Source: Candidatus Cloacimonadales bacterium (GTDB lineage: Bacteria; Cloacimonadota; Cloacimonadia; Cloacimonadales; JAIOQZ01). From it: a DNA stretch of 64,000 nt. Where the stretch lies: assembly GCA_963674825.1 (NCBI GenBank), contig OY771587.1:2752001-2816000 (forward strand), in the 5' to 3' direction. The notes under the pieces were generated by a model. That model saw nothing but the letters and a program-made list of their open reading frames with translations. It had not been told where the DNA came from and made no database searches. Below, one piece after another: positions 61,001-64,000 of the stretch (position 1 is its first letter; each line of letters starts with the position of its first letter). A program made the translations under genes and the position numbers.

Positions 61001-61750
61001 CAATGCGAAATACCCGGTAGCGCTAAAAAGAACAGTTATAGTAAGAAAGACTGTCAGCAGCGTGAAAATATGTTTTTTTCTGAGCAGTGCTTTGAAACCA
61101 CCGAAAACGCTGATCTGATGCATGCTGTATAGTAACAGGCTGGTACCCAGAAGAATCAATTCAATGGCAGTTGCCTGTGAAGGTGGTATCATTCCGCTAT
61201 CAGTCATGATAGACGCTCCCAGAATGAAAGCGATGACAAGGATTATCCCCGTCAGGACCAGTGTGAAAGAGGAAATCAATGCCAGGTAGAGCGAGCGTCG
61301 ATTGTTGAAGAGGTTTCCGAGGAGTGAGAGGCTGAGAAGCATGAAGAACAGGGAAGTCATTGGTGAGCTGAATAAAAATGAAATATTCGTCATTCTGATG
61401 GATATCTCCAGATCCGACGTAATCCCGGTGAGTGACAGCACCAGAAGGATCGTAGCGGTAATGAATACGATTATGGTTACGCCTATGAGGAAGATATAGA
61501 ATCGTCTCGATTTCTTTCGCAATACCATCGCAATTGATATTAAGCTTGTGATGATAAACAGGATCGAAGCACTCAAGGCCATCGGCAACTTGCTTGATGG
61601 AACCGTGGCGAGTGAAGGCTTTCCGGAAATCCAGCCAATCGTGGCGGTAGCTGCAGCCAGCAGGCTCAGTAGAGACAATATGAAATGGGCGAGTTTCAGA
61701 ATAACCGACCGGTGAGATCTTCTTTTGGGTAATGCATTTTTCGGCAACAT
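58061..61750 (-). CDS. Membrane hybrid sensor histidine kinase (TM-Cache-like-PAS-GAF-HisKA-HATPase-REC)
   Basis: Multiple TM helices; GRLAGGVAHDFNN, NLCVNARDA, DTGKG, EPFFTTK, GTGLGL; receiver LLVED..TDVIMP..KPF. Confidence 0.92.
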   Translation of the reverse strand: MLPKNALPKRRSHRSVILKLAHFILSLLSLLAAATATIGWISGKPSLATVPSSKLPMALSASILFIITSLISIAMVLRKKSRRFYIFLIGVTIIVFITATILLVLSLTGITSDLEISIRMTNISFLFSSPMTSLFFMLLSLSLLGNLFNNRRSLYLALISSFTLVLTGIILVIAFILGASIMTDSGMIPPSQATAIELILLGTSLLLYSMHQISVFGGFKALLRKKHIFTLLTVFLTITVLFSATGYFALRTYRNLLRHNITEQLISITNLKVNELVNWMNERTGDAAVYYHNDNFAKLVESALQDMNNPRKKNDLRERMWIERNAHIYDHVFMLDTKGKLIQDAPEHQHNVPFAIIENAQRAIQEDQVVFVDFYKNENDMLELAVLSPIYSNESRKPLGTLCMTINPSATLLPNLLNWPSPYKTSRLSLLRLRREQFKIIVDTAVDSDSSFFSCMDVGYDDPAFITCDIIDGKLGLMEGLSNDGKHVNAMLAKVPEDNWYILAQIETNEAYRPLKQRLWLLISSQVILLLAAAFIIELVWRRQRNTALAEQVEMQGALLREKDKYKRTIDSLIEGFQILDKDWRYVYINQKAAEYGRYPIDEFLGKSVLEMYPGFDETELYKRFRACVEKGKPDHFEYDFRYPDNTSEWFLFSVQPSEEGLVILTTNVTVRKKAEFRIDHLNRVLRSIRDVNQLIVHETNADMLIKSACGILVQNQSYRNAMIVLIDEQQKPDKWFTAGQERPLEIMTSVFEQRTIPVCYRTALNKGRFYCMTGEAESCPSCPLIPEFEGSQSFVIKLEHNENLFGILHVIMESDIIADKEEELLIVELADDVAYALNMMQNVRQKNALEKQLQEARKLEAIGRLAGGVAHDFNNMLQTILGYSDILLDEYELESEMRDFLEEIKSAAKRSAELTYQLLAFSRKQTIEPKVIRINTLIDETYRMLKRLIGEDIELLWQPGEKMLPVKMDPSQINQLLMNLCVNARDAIPGNGTIGIETSMLYLDDEEKLAQFELKQGNYIVISVSDTGKGIRKKNLDKIYEPFFTTKDVGKGTGLGLATVYGIVKQNQGNINVYSEVGKGTTFRIYLPAYTEPGTFVETPKRIKPPKGVETILLVEDSEQLLALTKLQLEKLGYKVIAFNDPEKALNAFETIDKLDLLVTDVIMPVMSGRDLWDSLRERKPDISCLFMSGYTSNVISHHGVLDSGINFISKPFTIKDIATKIREILSE

Positions 61751-61900
61751 GGCACCCCGCAGATAAATCGAAAAGTTAAATTGGTCAACGGTCATTCATG
61801 TATCGTTGATATCTCTTATTTCATTTCAAAGTGTAGGGGTTCAGTTGCTTTTGTCAATCTTAATTTTTGAAAGGTGTATCGGATTTACTATCAAAAATAA

Positions 61901-61976
61901 TGGTGGGCCCAAGAGGAGTCGAACCTCTGACCGCCCGGTTATGAGCCGGGAGCTCTACCAACTGAGCTATAGGCCC
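61901..61976 (-). tRNA. tRNA with CAT anticodon, probably tRNA-Ile2 (lysidine-modified); elongator tRNA-Met not excluded
   Basis: GGGCCTATAGCTCAGTTGGTAGAGCTCCCGGCTCATAACCGGGCGGTCAGAGGTTCGACTCCTCTTGGGCCCACCA: cloverleaf, encoded CCA, G1-C72 paired (not initiator). Confidence 0.93.
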
Positions 61977-62040
61977 TTATTGATTCGAAGCGTATCCTTC
62001 TCAATGGCTTGTTCTGTGTCAAGCAGAAATTGAGAAACAA

Positions 62041-62084
62041 AGAACCGCCGACGCAGCATTGTACGCGATGACATCGGCGGTTCT
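62041..62084 (-). terminator. Hairpin terminator after rpoD
   Basis: AGAACCGCCGA / TCGGCGGTTCT stem with T-rich tail on the minus strand. Confidence 0.65.
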
Positions 62085-62090
62085 GACAGA

Positions 62091-63836
62091 TTACTTTATG
62101 TTGAAATTCTCGTACAGCTCCATGAGTGCTGTGCTTCGCGTGGGATGGCGCAGTTTCTTGAGTGCTTTATCTTCGATCTGACGAATACGTTCACGAGTAA
62201 CGTTGAAAATGTTTCCAACTTCTTCGAGCGTACGGTGATAACCATCGTCGATACCGAAGCGAAGGCGGATCACCCGTTCTTCACGGGTAGTCAGCGTACT
62301 GAGAACGTCATCTACCTGTTTCTTGAGCAACGTACGTTCGGCCATGCGTTCGGGCGAGATGGTCGATTTATCTTCGATGAAATCGCCCAGCAGGCTGTCT
62401 TCGCTGTCGTTGCCGATGGGTTTATCGAGCGAGACGGGCTCTTTACTGATGGAGAGCACGCTCTTTACTTTATCGACGGGGATATCCAGCGCGTCTGCCA
62501 GCTCTTCAGGATACGGGTCGCGTCCGAGTTTCTGAACCAATCTGCGGCTCATCCGGTTTACTTTGTTGATCGATTCGATCATGTGAACCGGAACGCGGAT
62601 GGTTCTTGCCTGATCGGCGATGGCACGGGTAATCGCTTGCCTGATCCACCAGGTGGCGTAGGTGCTGAATTTATATCCCTTTTTGTAGTCGTATTTATCG
62701 ACCGCTTTCATCAGGCCTGTGTTACCTTCCTGGATCAGATCCAGAAAGTCCAGACCACGGTTGTTGTAGCGTTTGGCGATACTGATAACCAGGCGAACGT
62801 TCGCTTCGATCATCTCGTTCTTGGCGCCGTCTTTCATCTTCTCGCCGCGTTCGATTTCCTTCATGAGGAAGATCATTTCTTCGCCGCCCATACGGGTTTC
62901 GATCTCTACGCGGCGGATCTTTCTCCGTGCGTTCTTGATCTTGCGAAGAGTTTCCACGAACACAGTCGGGTCAATATTCGTCTCTTTCTGGACTTCTTCG
63001 AAATCCTCGTCAGACTTCTTGGCTCGGCGGCCATAGGCGCAGATTTCTTCCAGCGAGTACCGCTTGATGCGCGAGAGCTTACCAATGGAGCGCTTGCTCT
63101 CTTTGATACGGTCCACCAGGCTCTTGATACGATAGACAAGCCGCTTGATGAATTTATCGTTGAACGGGATGGGCGCAAAGATTTCAATCAAAACCTTGCG
63201 CTTCTCGTCGATAATCTCCTGGAGCTGCTGGTCGGCAATGTTGCCCAGATCGTCGAATTCGGCGGTATCGAGCATGTTCCCGATCTCGTCATAAATCGGC
63301 TCCGACTTCTTGATCGCTTCAGAGAACATCTTGATAAGCTGTTCGTCCTGCGATTTATCGATGTAGCTTCCGAAATCGATGCGGAATAGCTGGTCGATGC
63401 GGATTCGTCTTTCCTTGAACCGGTGCAGGAAGTTGTACATTTCACGTAGTGAACTTCCCGACATGAAGACATAGCGGTTGATCCACTTCTGTCCGCTTTC
63501 GATCTTCTTCGCGATGCGAATTTCACCTTCACGGTCCAGAAGCGGGACACGCCCCATCTCCTTGAGGTACATACGGACGGGATCGTCGTAGTACCGTCGG
63601 TTCTTGAACTTCTTTGTCTGCTGTTTTTTTACTGCCAGCGTTTTCTTGGAAACCTTACGCTGGGTTTCATCGATAATTTCGATCCCCTCACTGGAAAGAT
63701 CCGTGATAAGGTCGTCGATCTTATCGAGAAACAAAGGGCTGTTCGGCAGAATGTCATTTATCTGCTTGAACGTAAGATAGCTGTTTTTCTTGCCCAGGTC
63801 AATCAGCTTTTGCAAGCAATCATTATAACTTCGCAT
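62091..63836 (-). CDS. rpoD: RNA polymerase primary sigma factor
   Basis: Region 1.1; [66 protein letters not shown]. Confidence 0.97.
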   Translation of the reverse strand: MRSYNDCLQKLIDLGKKNSYLTFKQINDILPNSPLFLDKIDDLITDLSSEGIEIIDETQRKVSKKTLAVKKQQTKKFKNRRYYDDPVRMYLKEMGRVPLLDREGEIRIAKKIESGQKWINRYVFMSGSSLREMYNFLHRFKERRIRIDQLFRIDFGSYIDKSQDEQLIKMFSEAIKKSEPIYDEIGNMLDTAEFDDLGNIADQQLQEIIDEKRKVLIEIFAPIPFNDKFIKRLVYRIKSLVDRIKESKRSIGKLSRIKRYSLEEICAYGRRAKKSDEDFEEVQKETNIDPTVFVETLRKIKNARRKIRRVEIETRMGGEEMIFLMKEIERGEKMKDGAKNEMIEANVRLVISIAKRYNNRGLDFLDLIQEGNTGLMKAVDKYDYKKGYKFSTYATWWIRQAITRAIADQARTIRVPVHMIESINKVNRMSRRLVQKLGRDPYPEELADALDIPVDKVKSVLSISKEPVSLDKPIGNDSEDSLLGDFIEDKSTISPERMAERTLLKKQVDDVLSTLTTREERVIRLRFGIDDGYHRTLEEVGNIFNVTRERIRQIEDKALKKLRHPTRSTALMELYENFNIK

Positions 63837-64000
63837 GAACACTCCGTAGAATCCATGTTCTAATCAAAAGGTGTTCTGAAAACGACACTTTTTCCAAGCT
63901 GTCGAATTCGATTTTTAATCTTTTCTTTTTTTTGTATAAGCTCTATGTTGTCAATATCTTTCGAAATTTTTTCCTCAAGGGATTTTAATTCACGTATGTG

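Noticed and set aside
54336..61900. Genomic island integrated at the tRNA 3' end
   Set aside because: I found no duplicate of the tRNA 3' end and no integrase; the AT-richer kinase gene alone is insufficient evidence.
61901..61976. Initiator tRNA-fMet
   Set aside because: Position 1-72 is paired (G-C) and the anticodon stem lacks the three consecutive G-C pairs of initiators.
62145..63389. Long antisense ORFs (also 5566-6576, 4564-5304, 30575-31465, 44146-45096, 51239-52009, 54114-55184)
   Set aside because: Shadow frames opposite well-supported, codon-biased genes; no independent motifs.

Overview
Mostly core chromosome of a diderm, probably anaerobic bacterium. LPS/Kdo genes (GT9, kdsD, gmhB) and secreted proteins ending in an 'NYPNPFNPET...RKMxLLK' FlgD/T9SS-type tail suggest the FCB group, most likely Cloacimonadota; this is an inference. 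Housekeeping genes: guaB, ppdK, thrS, hflX, hrcA-grpE-dnaK-dnaJ-rsmE with a CIRCE operator, and rpoD followed by a tRNA(CAU). Other genes encode several unusual signalling proteins (a Ser/Thr kinase-ATPase-TPR-GAF-His kinase fusion, a STAS-phosphotransferase fusion, two incomplete His-kinase modules, a hybrid HK), large secreted proteins and starch/glycogen functions. I found no CRISPR array, prophage, integrase, transposase or reverse transcriptase. The most interesting signal is non-coding: (i) two diverged copies, 19 kb apart, of a ~130-140 nt long hairpin with compensatory base changes, strand-specific G-U/G-T pairs and a conserved loop; (ii) a small GIY-YIG nuclease gene between two near-identical 205-bp repeats, each carrying a perfect 30-bp inverted-repeat pair; (iii) several REP-like palindrome families, some with shared inserts in their loops. 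All calls come from reading the sequence and recognising motifs; no searches were run.
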